From the human T2T-CHM13v2.0 reference genome, Homo sapiens, in NCBI RefSeq assembly GCF_009914755.1, contig NC_060930.1: 64,000 nucleotides of DNA. One strand, 5' to 3'. This document shows positions 1 to 14,540 of the stretch, piece after piece. The translations under genes were made by a program, and so were the position numbers. Positions within the stretch are counted from its first letter, which is position 1, and each line of letters starts with the position of its first letter. Under the pieces are notes generated by a model that searched no databases, was not told the DNA's origin, and saw nothing but the letters and a program-made list of their open reading frames with translations.

Positions 1-194
1 ATTGCTATGGCTGGGGATGTACATTGACTAGCTCAGTACTGGCTTCATGAATACATCCTGTGCAGTTACACAGGGCCCTGCACTTTGTTTAATGCTCTGT
101 TGCCACCATCTTGAAACTTGAAGAGTTTTTTGACAAGGAAACCTGCGTTTTCCTTTGTCATTTGGCCCACACATTATGTAGCTGCTATTATAGG

Positions 195-460
195 CCATTA
201 TAGGAGAGTGACTAAGAAGTCAGGCATGGAGTCGGCATGTCTAGCCCAAATCTCTGGTCTAATTTCTAATAGCTGAGCAATTTTCACAAATGATTTCACC
301 TCTCTAAACCTCAGTTTTACCACATGTAAAGTAATGATAATGATAATTGTACCAACATCACAAGGTTGTTGGAAGAATCAAACATGATAATGTGTTTAAA
401 AAAATAGTGAGTACAGCACCTGAAACATAGGAGGTACACAATAAATAACAGCAATTATGA
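195..460 (+). mobile_element. MIR SINE
   Basis: MIR core-like 'cacctctctaaacctcagttttaccacatgtaaa...aggttgttggaagaatcaaa...acagcacctgaaacatag'. Confidence 0.75.
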
Positions 461-480
461 TTTGCTATATTTTGTATATT

Positions 481-830
481 AAATTTATTCAGCAAAATAT
501 TTATTGAGCACCTACTGTATGCCAGGCACTGTCCTAGACACTTGGGATAAGTCTGTGAATAAAATAGACCAAGATTTCCACCCTTACAGAGCTTATGTTT
601 TGCAGGCCTGGGAGAGGACCTTCACAATAAGCCCAATGAATATAAATAAATGTAATTGGAGGTGAGTAAGAGGTAAATGCTATGGGTAAAGAAAAAACAA
701 GGCAGGATAAACAGGGTAAGGGAATTGGGGAGGACAGTTTGCAGCATCAAATGAGGAGCTTCAGTGAAAAGACTTAAAGGAGGTCAGAGAACTCATCTAG
801 GAGAAAAGTATTCTAGAAGAAGTTTCCTCA
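481..830 (-). mobile_element. L2 LINE 3' fragment
   Basis: 'atttattgagcacctactgtatgccaggcactgtcctag' is the typical antisense L2 3' end. Confidence 0.7.
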
Positions 831-1033
831 GTAATGGAGGGCAATGCCTCCACTAAAAGTAAAGGCCAGATAAGTCCATCCACCAGCAATCCCTCTCCAC
901 AGCACAGAGGAAATACATTGTAATTAGTCATTGCTAAACCATTTTATAGAGTTGGAGGTTGCAACTCAGCATTTGCATACATTTATAACACCCAATTAGG
1001 GAAATAGTTCATTTTATTAACGTGTAGTTTTGA

Positions 1034-1355
<322 letters not shown>

Positions 1356-1828
1356 TTCACACAAGTATTTAAAATAACCAAGAGAACACTTTCTTCTGAA
1401 CTGACAAGTCCAGGATGTGAACAACTGGGCCAGCATGGATCATGAAAGATCAAAGGCCAAGTAGGCATTAACAAAGAGAGAAGACCAAGACCAAGCCAGG
1501 ACCATGGTGCTCCTCTCAGCCACACCTGGCACAGCTTTGTCATGGGGAGGAATTGTTAGAAAGCACCAGAGCCACTCTGTATCCATCCTGTGTGCTATTG
1601 ATGGTAGGTTTTGCATAGTAAACAGTTTAGAATATTCTATTAATATGTCATTCCGGAATATGGGATCTGCTCTGCTTAAGGTATAATTAAGTAGATGACC
1701 AATTGGCAATTACCACCATAATACTGGTATCTGGGCTGAAAAGAATAACGAAGCAACCTCCTTTATAGAATAGATCCTAAACAAGATCTGCTGTTATGAG
1801 AGAGTGCCAAATTACCAAGTCAACCAGA

Positions 1829-1992
1829 AGAGGAGGAGGAAGGCAAGGAGGGCTAGGAGGAGGAGGAGGAGGAGGAGGGGAATGAAAGAAGGAAGGAAGG
1901 AAGAAAGGAAGGAAGGAAGGAAAGAAGGAAGGAGGGAGGGAGGGGAGGAGAGGAAGGGAGGGAGGGAAGGAAGAGGAAGAGAGGGAGGAAAA
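1829..1992 (+). repeat. Purine-rich (GGA)n/(GGAA)n low-complexity tract
   Basis: About 160 bp almost entirely A/G on the + strand. Confidence 0.9.
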
Positions 1993-3544
1993 AAGCCACA
2001 TAAAAATGTTGAATTCCTATTCATACCATTTGAGGCTTGTGTGTGCTGTTAGGGAAACCTCCTACTTTGATGTAAAGAAGATGAGCCACAGACAAATTGT
2101 CGACTTATAGAGTGTTTAAAATATAAGTCCAAAACCTAAATATGATGGAGTCAATTTTAAATCTTTTACTGAACAAAAGTAAAAGAAACCATGAAGTGAG
2201 TATAATTTGACATTCCAAAGACAATATTCCTGCAACTGATGTATGGGATAATTAGATGTTCACAATAGAAATTTCAACCTGGCATAGTGGTTCCGTCTCT
2301 GCAGTAAAATCTTAATAGTTTAAATCCCACTAATGCACACAAGAACTGAGCTAAACTTTACCTTTGTACCATCTATGAGGAAACAGATTGCTTAGCAAAT
2401 TAAATATGAATAAGGATTTAGATGGGTTATTTAACTTACCAAGAAAGCAAAACACTCCTTAGCAGCGCCACTCACATTTAATGTATTAATTACGGTAAAA
2501 ATTGGAAAATTGCGTCGGCGTATATTACTGGCTAAAACTTCACTTATTTTAAATACGGTATTGAGTAATTTAGATCACACTTCTTTATTTTAAATTAGTG
2601 AACTTTGTATCCTTTTAGGCAGATTCTAGGTCTGGCTAAGGCCCATAGGAAAGAGCATCAGATTGCTTAGTGAGAGTCATCCTCAAGTTAATACAAACAA
2701 TGATTCTGTCTAGTAATTTCTTCTCAAGCTAACTTGCCGTGAGAATGGAGTCTCTGTTTTCCAACACGTCTTTGAAAACAGCCTCTAAAAGGCTGACATG
2801 TGGCAGCTGTCAGGCTCCCACCTGAATTCTAGTTCCCTGGTCATGGAAACTATTTTTAACCAGTTTGCACATTTTTCACTAACAAATGATTTCTCCAGCT
2901 CCAGCGTTGTGCCGTACTCATCTGCTTTCCTAAGCACAGTCCACATGCAGGCAGTTGTTCTTGTCATAAATCCGCTGTGCCATTTGGTCTCCTGCGTGAT
3001 ACTGTCTGTGACACATTAGGTGCCTTCCCTCTGCAGTAATACCCTCATTCACCATGCTCAGCCACAGGGTTTGTTTGAGCTGAGCACTGGGGTTAATTGC
3101 CCACCTGTCCTCAGCCCTTCTCAAACGTCTTTCATGCTGGCTGAACCTAGGGGACGACTACCCTAAGGGCAGTGCTCAAAGGGAAAGAACAAAGGGAAGG
3201 AAATGGCTGGCACTTCATTTTCTTTGGGAATGAAAGGAAGTGGATGATGTAGCCACAAGCTTAGCCACTTCCTCGAATCTGTTCAAGGATAATTGAGGTG
3301 CATTAAATCCTTCTGAAAAGAAATGGGAGAGTGTTGAGCTTTACCTGTTCCCCAAGTCAAAGGCATCCCTAGCAAGATAGTCTCTCCCATAACAAACACA
3401 CACATAAGAACACATCAAGTCCGAAAACATAGAGAGCGACAATATCACTAATCATCAGAGAACTGCAAATGAAAACCACAGTGAGATACCATTTCATACC
3501 CATAGGATGATGACTATAAAAAAAAAGATGATAATAATTGGTGA

Positions 3545-3872
<328 letters not shown>

Positions 3873-4245
3873 GAAATTGGAGCCCTTTTTCATTGCTGGT
3901 AGGAATGAAAAATGGAGCAGCCACTGTGGAAAAGAGGATGGCAGTTCCTCAAAAATTAAATTCCACTTCTAGGTATAAACTCAAAAGCATTGAAGGCAGC
4001 ATCCCAATAGATAGTTGTATACTCATGGTCATAGCACCATTACACACCAAAGCCAAAAGATAGAAACAATGAACTGTGTTCAACTGATGACTAGATAAAC
4101 AAAAATACGGTACATCCACACAATGGAATAATATATTCAGCTACAAAAAGGAATGGAAGTGTGATGCATGCTACAACAAGTATGTACCTTGAGGACATTA
4201 TGCTCTGTGAAATAAGCCAGTCACAAAAGGGCAAATACTGTATGA

Positions 4246-4723
<478 letters not shown>

Positions 4724-4788
4724 TAATGCCAGTGAACTGTACACTTGAAAATGGTTAAAATGGCACATTTTATGATATGTGTATTTTA

Positions 4789-4789
<1 letters not shown>

Positions 4790-4824
<35 letters not shown>
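4790..4824 (+). repeat. (CA)n microsatellite at the L1 3' end
   Basis: About 17 CA units. Confidence 0.95.
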
Positions 4825-4828
<4 letters not shown>

Positions 4829-5400
4829 CATGAAGAAGAAATATGAGCAACAGGGCACAGGACTTCAGTAAGACTCATTTCTTTCGCAAAAGGGAAACTT
4901 ACATTAGAAATTGCTTTTGCCTATTCCTTACAAAGTCAAAATGGAACTTGCCCTTCATTCTTACCGGTTGAAAAATCTTTCACAGAGTATTTGGTGGATT
5001 GAATCTTATCATAAAATCAGATAAGAATGTTTAGAAATCCAGAACATTAAAGGAAATTAGACAATTTTACAGGTCAGCTAGATAGAATGTTTTCCTTCTA
5101 TTTTCATAGTCCATGTCAACTGTTTCCCTGAGAAAGGTGGGTGCAGGGAAGGAACACCTTGGATGCTAGGTGTCAAGGCTTCATGATGGGGAACCACTGC
5201 CAGAGGCACAAAGCAGAGGATGAGCCAACACAGAACATGCCACCACTGATACCAAGAGAAGGCAAAGAGAACAGGGCTGTGCCAGGGTCAAGGTGTATCT
5301 GGGCTAAGTTCAGCCTTGTTAGGTGAGCACCTTGGGGCTGGGCTTGTTATTTTTAACTAGTTATGCCCTGCCTTCTTTGTGGCTGCCTCTTGTCCATTTT

Positions 5401-5721
5401 ATTTTTATATTTTATTTTATTTTATTTATTTTATTTTTTGAGACAGAGTCTCACTGTGTCACCCAGGCTGGAGTGCAGTGGTGCCATCTTAGCTTACTGC
5501 AATCTCTGCCTCCTAAGCTCAAGCCATCCTCCCACCTCAGCCTTCCAAGTGCTGGGACTGCAGGCATATGCCACTATGTCTGGCTAATTTTTTGCATTGT
5601 TTGTGGAGATGAGGTTTCACCATGTTGCCCAGGGTGGTATCAAACTCCTGAACTTAAGGAATCCTCCCACCTCGGCCTCCCAAATTGCTGGGATTACAGG
5701 TGTCAGCCACCACCTCTGGCC
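5401..5721 (-). mobile_element. AluJ
   Basis: Diverged Alu with J-type 'ctcaagccatcctcccacctcagcc'; TSD cct[c/a]ttgtccatttta. Confidence 0.9.
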
Positions 5722-6598
5722 CTATTGTCCATTTTACAAAGGCCAGTCCAGTTAGTGTTTGTCAAATCAGGTTAAATAAGGTAAATTTATCTCTTTATTT
5801 TCTATAAATAATGATTTTTAAAACTATGAAAGAAAATTAAACCTGCAGTAACAACTCTTGTCAAAACTTCTGTCGTTGAAAAACTTCCATAGTAACATTA
5901 GTCAGAAAGAGAAAGGTTTGAAGTAGAATGATTCATTTATTTTATGCATATAACTGTAGCATGTTACATAATAGGTCTAGAACACGTTTCATCCTGTTTG
6001 AAGAACATATAGTTCTAATCTCGTGATGTAAAATCATGAACCATTTCATATACAATCACAGACCTCTCTATGGTTGTCTGTACAATTCAGATGGAAAGTC
6101 TTTAAATTGTCATGTTTGGGCCTAAGAAACTAAGGGAATTAAAAATATATAAATTGGCATGACAGCAGCTTGATAAAATTGGAGCAATTATTTTTGGTGA
6201 GTAGTATCACTGTCCTCTATTGGGTGGTTTTCCAAGTTTTCATTATTAGGGCTCAGCAAACTTAAATGATTTTTCATCTTCGTGATGTGCTGCAGAATTT
6301 CACACTCAGCTTTCTGTCAACATCTAAATCAGCATGAAGACAGGATTATCGCTTCTGCTTTCAGTTGGTCCTCTAGCTCAGAGACATTTCTGCTGTTTTT
6401 GCAGAAATTTGAATGACCAACATTCCCTAGAAAGCAAAGAACTTCACAAATTTTTTGTTTTCTTTAAAACAACACTTCAAATAAATAATGGTAACAGGGT
6501 ATAAGTTTAAAAAACTGGTTAAGTTTCACAGTTCTTAAGTTATTTTCATTGTGCAAATTCCCTTCCTGAGCCTTGAAAGCCCACAAAGAATTTCCTAG

Positions 6599-7957
6599 TG
6601 TCTAGAATTGGTGGGTTCTTGATTTCACTGACTTCAAGAACGAAGTTGCAGACCCTCGCAGTGAGGGTTACGGTTCTTAAGACGGAGCGTCTGGAGTTGT
6701 TTGTTCTTCCCGGTGGGTTCGTGGTCTTACTTGCTTCAGGAGTGAAGCCGCAGACCTTTGCAATGAATGTTACACAGTTTATAAAGACAGTGTGAACCCA
6801 AACAGTTAACAGCAGCAGAATTCACTACAAACAGCAAAAGAATAAAACCCCCACAATGCACAGAGTGACCCAAGTGCATTGCAACCCCCACAGTGCACAG
6901 AGGGACCCAAGTGTGTTGCCACCTCCACACTGCACAAGGAGACCGAACTGCGTTGCCACTGCTGGCTCGGGCAGCCTGCTTTTATTCTCTTACCGGGCCC
7001 CACCCACATCCTGCTGATTGGTAGAGCCCAGTGGTCTGTTTTGACAGGGCGCTGATTGGTGCGTTTACAATCCCTGAGCTAGACACAGAGGTTCTCCACG
7101 TCCCCACCAGATTAGCTAGATACAGAGTGTGGACACAAAGGTTCTCCAAGTCCCCACCAGAGTAGCTAGATACAGAGTGTCGATTGGTGCATTCACAAAC
7201 CCTGAGCTAGACACAGGGTGCTGATTGGTGTGTTTACAAACCTTGAGCTAGATACAGAGTGCCTATTGGTGTATTTACAATCCCTGAGCTAAACATAAAG
7301 GTTCTCCACGTTCCCACCAGACTCAGGAGCCCAGCTGGTTTCACCCAGTAGATGCCGCACAGGGGCTGCAGGTGGAGCTGCCTGCCACTCCCGCGCCATG
7401 CACTTACACTCCTCAGCCCTTGGGTGGTCGATTGGACTGGGCGCTGTGGAGTAGGGGATGGCGCTCGTGGGGGAGGCTCGGGCCGCACAGGAGCCCACGG
7501 AGCGGGTGGGAGGCTCAGGCATGGCGACCTGCAGGTCCCGAGCCCTGCCCCGCCGGAGGGCAGCTAAGGCCCGGTGAGAAATCTAAGCGGTGAGAAACCG
7601 AGCGCAGCGCCGGTGGGCCGGCACTGCTGGGGGACCCAGTACACCCTCCGCAGCCGCTGGCCCGGGTTGCCGGCTGGCTCCTCAGAGTGCGGGGCCCGCC
7701 AAGCCCACGCCCACCCGGAACTCCAGCGGGCCCGCAATCGCCGCGCGCAGCCCCCGTTCCCGCTCGCGCCTTTCCCTTCACACCTCCCTGCAAGCTGAGG
7801 GAGCCGGCTCCGGCCTTGGCCTGCCCAGAAAGGGGCTCCCACAGTGCGGTGGTGGGCTGAAGAGCTTCTCAGGTGCTACCAAAGTGGGAGCCCAGGCAGA
7901 GGAGGCGCCGAGAGCGAGCGAGGGCTGTGAGGACTGCCAGCACGCTGTCACCTCTCA
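6599..7957 (-). mobile_element. Solo LTR12C-like (ERV9/HERV-9) LTR
   Basis: Reverse strand starts TGAGAGGTGACAGCGTGCTGGCAGTCCTCACAGCCC and ends AAGAACCCACCAATTCTAGACA, as in LTR12C; 4-bp TSD CTAG at 6595-6598 and 7958-7961; U3 tandem repeats. Confidence 0.95.
6950..7320 (-). promoter_or_regulatory. LTR12 U3 enhancer/promoter: CCAAT (NF-Y) and GATA repeats, AATAAAA TATA-like box
   Basis: Repeated 'ctgattgg' and 'gctagatacagag' units at 7010-7300; 'ttttatt' at 6980-6986 reads AATAAAA on the - strand; activity is inferred from the family, not shown. Confidence 0.65.
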
Positions 7958-8939
7958 CTAGAATAGAAACTACTGAGGTCTTCCATTTCTGGAAACATTG
8001 TGGATAAGCTACTCTGGACAACCTGCCTTCTGAAATAACTCGAAATGCTGGATAAGCTTTTGAAAAATCACTGAAAGTGCATCACTGAGCTGGCAATAAA
8101 GTAAGAAATCCAGAGAAGCCAAACATAAAGTGAAAAAAGGAATGCAGAGATGTCAGCAAGCAGCCAAGCTGGCTCTCACCCTGGCAGCAGGGCCAAGCCC
8201 CAGCAACTTGAAGGTTCGGTTTTGACAGAGGCATGGGGATACAGGGACAGAAAAGCAAAGACACCTGCCCACCCAAGGTGGCATCCTTATAAGAGACCCT
8301 AATAAAGCCGGGATGCCACAGGACTATTCTCATTGTAAGGGCCTTTCAGAAATAAACCTGCCTTACAGATGGAAACCGCGAGGAAAAATGCTGCTTCCAG
8401 CACGGGTTTGGGTGAAAGGGAGGAAAATTCTGCTCCAATTAAAATCGAAAGCTAACTCTTGCAGATTTGCTGCCCAAATTCACCCTACATGAATTGTCCT
8501 ACAAACTTCAAGCTAATTATTTTAAAGCATCATGGGTTGGTAATACCCCCCAGTAGCCTAGAAGAAGCCAACACAAATACTTGCTGAATGAACCAGAAGG
8601 AATTATCTATCAATCCTCAAAAAAAAATTACTAATAAAACATGAACTTATAGTCACACACACACAAACATACACACACACACCCAACAAAGAAATAAGCC
8701 ACCACATGCAAGAGCCAGCAGAAACAACACATAGCAAAATCAAACTCAGGATAATTTTAGATTTTGGATAATTTTAGATTTAGATACGGGCATAGACTAA
8801 AAATTAAGCATGATTTAACTATTTGAAAATAGAAAAGTGATCAAAGCATGAATAAGAGACAGTAAAACAAATAGAGCTAGGGAAAGGAAGGAAATATTCA
8901 TGTTATTTATAAAATACAACGATATATTTATATGCCCCA

Positions 8940-9115
8940 TATCTATTTATTTATAAAATATAAATATATTTATAAATAAATATATATAAATTATAAATAT
9001 ATTTATAAATAAATATTTATATATAAATAAGTATAAATATATTTATAAATATATAATTAAATATATATTTATAAATAATATAAATATAAATATATGTTTA
9101 TTTATGAAATATAAA
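8940..9115. repeat. AT-rich low-complexity tract
   Basis: Nearly pure A/T with recurring 'atatttataaata'. Confidence 0.9.
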
Positions 9116-9144
9116 TTAACATGTAAAGCCTGAAGGACTCACTA

Positions 9145-9572
<428 letters not shown>

Positions 9573-10104
9573 TTAATAAGGGTCTCAGAGACTAGAAAGA
9601 ACAGAGCTCGTATACACCCAGCTGCAGTTTATTAATAGAATAGAGAGAATGAGAGAGAGAGGAGATGTTTAAAGAGATAGAGGTTCCAAAATTGTTGCAA
9701 GATATCAATCTTCAGATTTTAAAATCCAAACAAAATATAGTGGACATATATATTAGAGTCATGTCATTCTCTGCTTAAATATAATAACCATTTATTGATA
9801 GATTACTATGTGCCAGGCATTATCACAGTATTTTATATATGGAGTGACTTCGTAGTCAGACTCAGGCATGCAAAAATGTGTCTTTATCTTTGAAAAACTC
9901 GAGGCAATGTTCTGTCTCCAAGCTGTATTCTGTCTGCTGGAGATATTTAATTCAGTTGCGTCCATGGGAACTCAGTCCATTTGAGTGAGTGAATTCTGGG
10001 TCAATTCAGACTTGCAACTCAGTCACTTTCAGGTTGAAATTTCCCTCTTGCTTGTTCCCCAGCCTTTGTCTCCACAAAGTGTGGAGTTGTCAGCTTTGTA
10101 CCTA

Positions 10105-10490
10105 AGTCAGTAGTTTTCAACCCTGGCTGCCTATTAAAATCAGCCAAGATGCTTTTGAAAAATACCAAAGACCAATCTCCCCGTGTAGATATTTTGATCT
10201 CAAAGGTCTGGGGTGGAACATTCTGCAAGGCTGAAAATCCCTGATCTAAGCATGAGATGGGCTCACTACCACAGGTCCACCTGACCTCGTCTGGTTCTTG
10301 CCCAGCCGGTGAGCAGCAGCCTTCTCAACTTTAACACGCACATGAGCTCCTTCCGATCTTTTTAAACTGTAAATTCTGAGACAGAAGCTCTGGGGTAGGA
10401 CCTGCAATTCTGCATTTCTAACACATGCCCAGGTGATGCTGATGCTGATGCTGCCAGTCTTTGAGCACCACACTTTAGGTAAGTAGCAAG
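10105..10490. mobile_element. MER5-type hAT-Charlie relics (two adjacent copies)
   Basis: 'cagtagttttcaaccctggctgc' and 'ctgcatttctaacacatgcccaggtgatgctgatgctg...cacacttt'. Confidence 0.65.
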
Positions 10491-10554
10491 GGTGCACAGA
10501 ACAAACTGGATCCGTGGTTCCCAACCTTGACTCCACATTGCAATTACATGGGGG

Positions 10555-11205
<651 letters not shown>

Positions 11206-11233
11206 TCCATGGTAAGGAGCTTTAAAATATAGT

Positions 11234-11474
11234 ACAGTCATGCCTTGGTATATGCGGGGGATCAGTTCCAGAATGCCCCTCCACCACCACATAACCAAAA
11301 TCCACGCATGCTCAGGTTCCATAGTCAGCCCTGAGGAACCTGCATATATGAAAACTTCCTATTCTCGAGTTTTCCGTCCCGGGAATACTGTATTTTCCAT
11401 CTACTTGGTTGAAAAAAATCCGTGTATAAGTGGAACCATGCAGTTCAAATTTAGGTTGTTCATGGGTCAACCGT
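11234..11474 (-). mobile_element. MER8 (TcMar-Tigger MITE)
   Basis: About 240 bp, ends 'cagtcatgccttggtat' and 'gttgttcatgggtcaaccg', flanked by TA. Confidence 0.75.
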
Positions 11475-12986
11475 AATGCCTGCATAGCATGGTCAGAGAT
11501 TCTGAATGATGAGACCAGAGCATGGCTCAGCACTGAGAATTGCCGAAGCTCCCATGATGGAGAACGTCTGCTGTAGAAGATGGCCTAGGAAATCTACCGA
11601 TGCTGACACTGCTTCCCCTGGGCTCCCTGGTTCTGGGGATCTGCTCAGATGACAGCTGCCACTCTAAGACCCCTGCAGGCCCAGGGGCCCCTCACTGCTG
11701 TTGTCTCTCTCTCACACTCTGCTGACTTCTTCCTCCCATTGAGGACCTTGGGAACTTTGAGACTTGCAGCAGTCACCACTCTCTCATTTGGGAGATACAG
11801 GAGTCCTAGGGCAGCCAGTGATCACTCACCCTGGTCTTCACCATCCTTAGGACAAGCGACTCTAGGATGTCTCAATGGGCCTGTGGGAGAGGAGACTTCT
11901 CTCACATCCTCCAAACTTCACACTGAGGAGGCTGCTAGGACCTTTGCTTTCCCTCTCAGATTTGCCCTGGCAGGACGAGAAGACCCATGTCTAAGTTTTC
12001 TTGATGTTTCCAACTCTCATCTTCCTCCCTGGATCAGAGACAGGGCTCTCTATCTCACTGGGGATGGAAAGCATGGAAACTCTTTTCTCCCTGTTCACAT
12101 CCCCTTTTATAAGTGTTGTCTTACAACATCAAGGTGCTTTTAAATTTAAAAGCAAAGCAATTGGTACGGAAACACAGAATGTGTGTGACTTAGCCAAGGA
12201 TGCTTGATCAGTAGGTGAAGATACAGGAGCAGGGAGCTCACTCTTGTCACTGCCACCCCCAGGGGTGTCACACCAGCCTCCTCGTCACCTTCCTTGTCAC
12301 CATGCCCTATTTTCTGAGCTAACATCTGGTACCTTTAAACTCTACATCAACCCTCCACATGTAGCTTAGGGTGCTTTAGAAGGCTGAGGACGGAGAAGAA
12401 ACTGAGTTCACCAGTCACAGAAGAGAACATATTCTCTGTTCCTTTCTTGTCACTCATTCTCATTCTTTTTGCCTCACACTATTCATTCATGTATGAGAAC
12501 AAAGGACATTCTCCCCAGAATCTTCTAGCCATGTAAGCAAGTGAACTTAAAAAAAATGGTATATTTTTAAAAGATTAATGAGTTCATCATGGCCCGAAAA
12601 CCAAAATCTTGATGCTGAAAATCAAAATCTCTGTCAAAACCTTCATTCTGGTCATAAATATTCCTGATGCTATATTATATGTAAAAAACTGGGACATAGA
12701 AATGTAGGTGTATTAACTCAAGATTAGAGGAGAGAGGAAGGCCTGTGCTCACATTAAGAATAACTACTTGGCATTACAACGTCTTATTTCTTTTACAGTC
12801 ATATAGGATTGCCAGGCTCTAGTCAACAGTGATGTGAATTCAGCTGTGAGTCAAAGATATTTTTACAATTCATAATCTTATATATATTTTTGTTTACTTG
12901 TGGCAAGGAATGATGTTGAGTAATTCCAGCTGTGTCTACACAAGGCAAATATCCTACGCTGAACGATACCGTATGGCTGACAAAAG

Positions 12987-12990
<4 letters not shown>

Positions 12991-13037
<47 letters not shown>
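12991..13037 (+). repeat. (TG)n microsatellite
   Basis: Direct inspection. Confidence 0.95.
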
Positions 13038-14041
13038 TTTTCATGTTCCACAGATCCCAAGTATAAGGAAAGATACGATATGAAAATGTTTTGAAACAGA
13101 TAAAATTTATCTCTTTATGAAATCTCTTAGAAGCAAAAATTTAAGTCACTAAAACAGTAATTCTAGAATCAGAATTTTTAGAACTGAAGATATGTGTTGC
13201 AGGAAGCTTTGTTGGCCTCATTTCTTGCCCAAAAGCTGTGGAAAGTTAAGGAAAGTCGAGTGAGATAATAAAGCTCTTATTGGCTCAGGGACTCAGATAC
13301 TGACAGTTAACAAAGTCAGTGTAGCCCTCTGGGTTCAGGAAGGGCTCACCTCATTGTTACTAGAGAGAGATTATTTTCTATGTTTCATGACATCAGAAAA
13401 ATAAGTTAGTCATAAGCCTTTCCTTACTACACTGCATATTTTTGTGTTTAATGTGAATATTTAGTATTTAATATTCACATTGTAATTGCAGTATATGTAG
13501 CTGTGTGCCTGAATCTATGTCTTTTCAGTGGTTATGATTTCAAATGTCTCCCACATATGGCATGATAAAGAATTATTAACAAGTGCTAGTGAAAAGAAAC
13601 ATCCTTTATGTTTATGAAGCTTGTTAGACGTAGACGTTCAAAGCATGTCTCTTCTATCTTCAAATGACCCCTTAAAACTATACATTCCCTGCTTAAGACA
13701 TTTTCTTGTTAGGAATTAAAGAACACCCATGTGAAATGAAAATCAATGTGTTCATGTGACAAAGGCCTAATGGCCATTGATTAATTCTATTTAAATCCTA
13801 TTGCTGAATTTAGGACCAAAATATGACTCAGGGGACACAGGATGATGGGACAACAGGGGTTGGGGGACTGCCTACATAGGCTGGAACTTCAGTGGATTTT
13901 CTACCAGCCTCTGCCTTTTCCCTCTACTGCAAAAGCTGGAAAGAAATGGGGACTGACTGATGCTATGGTGGGTAAAACTTTCCTAAACACCATTGGGAGG
14001 AAAATAAATTACTCTCAATCTTATATTTCTAGAGCCAAACA

Positions 14042-14540
14042 CAGTTGACCCTTGAACAACATGGGCTTGAATTGCAGTGGCCCACTTATATGTGAAATTT
14101 TTTCAATCAAAGTTACACCATGTACCTGTCCCTCCTGCTTCCAGTTCCACCTCCTCCACCCCTTCTGCCTCTGCTACTCTGAGACAACAAGACCAACCCC
14201 TCCTCCTCTTCAGCCTCCTCAAGGCGAAGACCATGAGAATGAAGACCCTTATGATAATCCACTTCCACCTAATGAATAGTAAATATAGCTTCCCTTCCTT
14301 ATAATTTTTTTAATAACATTTTTTTCTCCAGCTTACTTTGTTGTAAGAATAAAGTATATAATACATATAACATACAAAATATATGTTGATTGACACATAT
14401 ATAATAGGCAAGGCTTCTGGTCAATAGTAGGTTATTAGTAGTTAAGTTTTGGGGGAATAAAAGTTATACATGGATGCCAACTGTGAGTGAAATTCCATCT
14501 GGGGGCGCCCCTAACTCCCATGTTGTTCAAGGGTCAGCTG
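14042..14540 (+). mobile_element. Tigger2a/MER28-type DNA transposon
   Basis: TIRs cagttgacccttgaacaaca ... tgttgttcaagggtcagctg; internal 'gatgaagac..tatgataatccacttccac'-type motif. Confidence 0.85.

Noticed and set aside
7010-7320. Regularly spaced repeats superficially like a CRISPR array
   Set aside because: These are the known LTR12 U3 tandem repeats; eukaryotic context, no unique spacers and no cas genes
7234-7961. Cluster of overlapping ORFs and an apparent CpG-island gene promoter
   Set aside because: All inside the GC-rich LTR12 U3; no host exon is evident
9841-10030. Imperfect inverted ends (agtgact...agtc / gact...agtcact) suggesting a MITE
   Set aside because: The match is too degenerate and I see no TSD; a family cannot be assigned without a Dfam search
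11649-12143. 164-aa ATG ORF in unique sequence
   Set aside because: No recognisable domain or family similarity, and the length is attainable by chance in GC-richer DNA; cannot be supported
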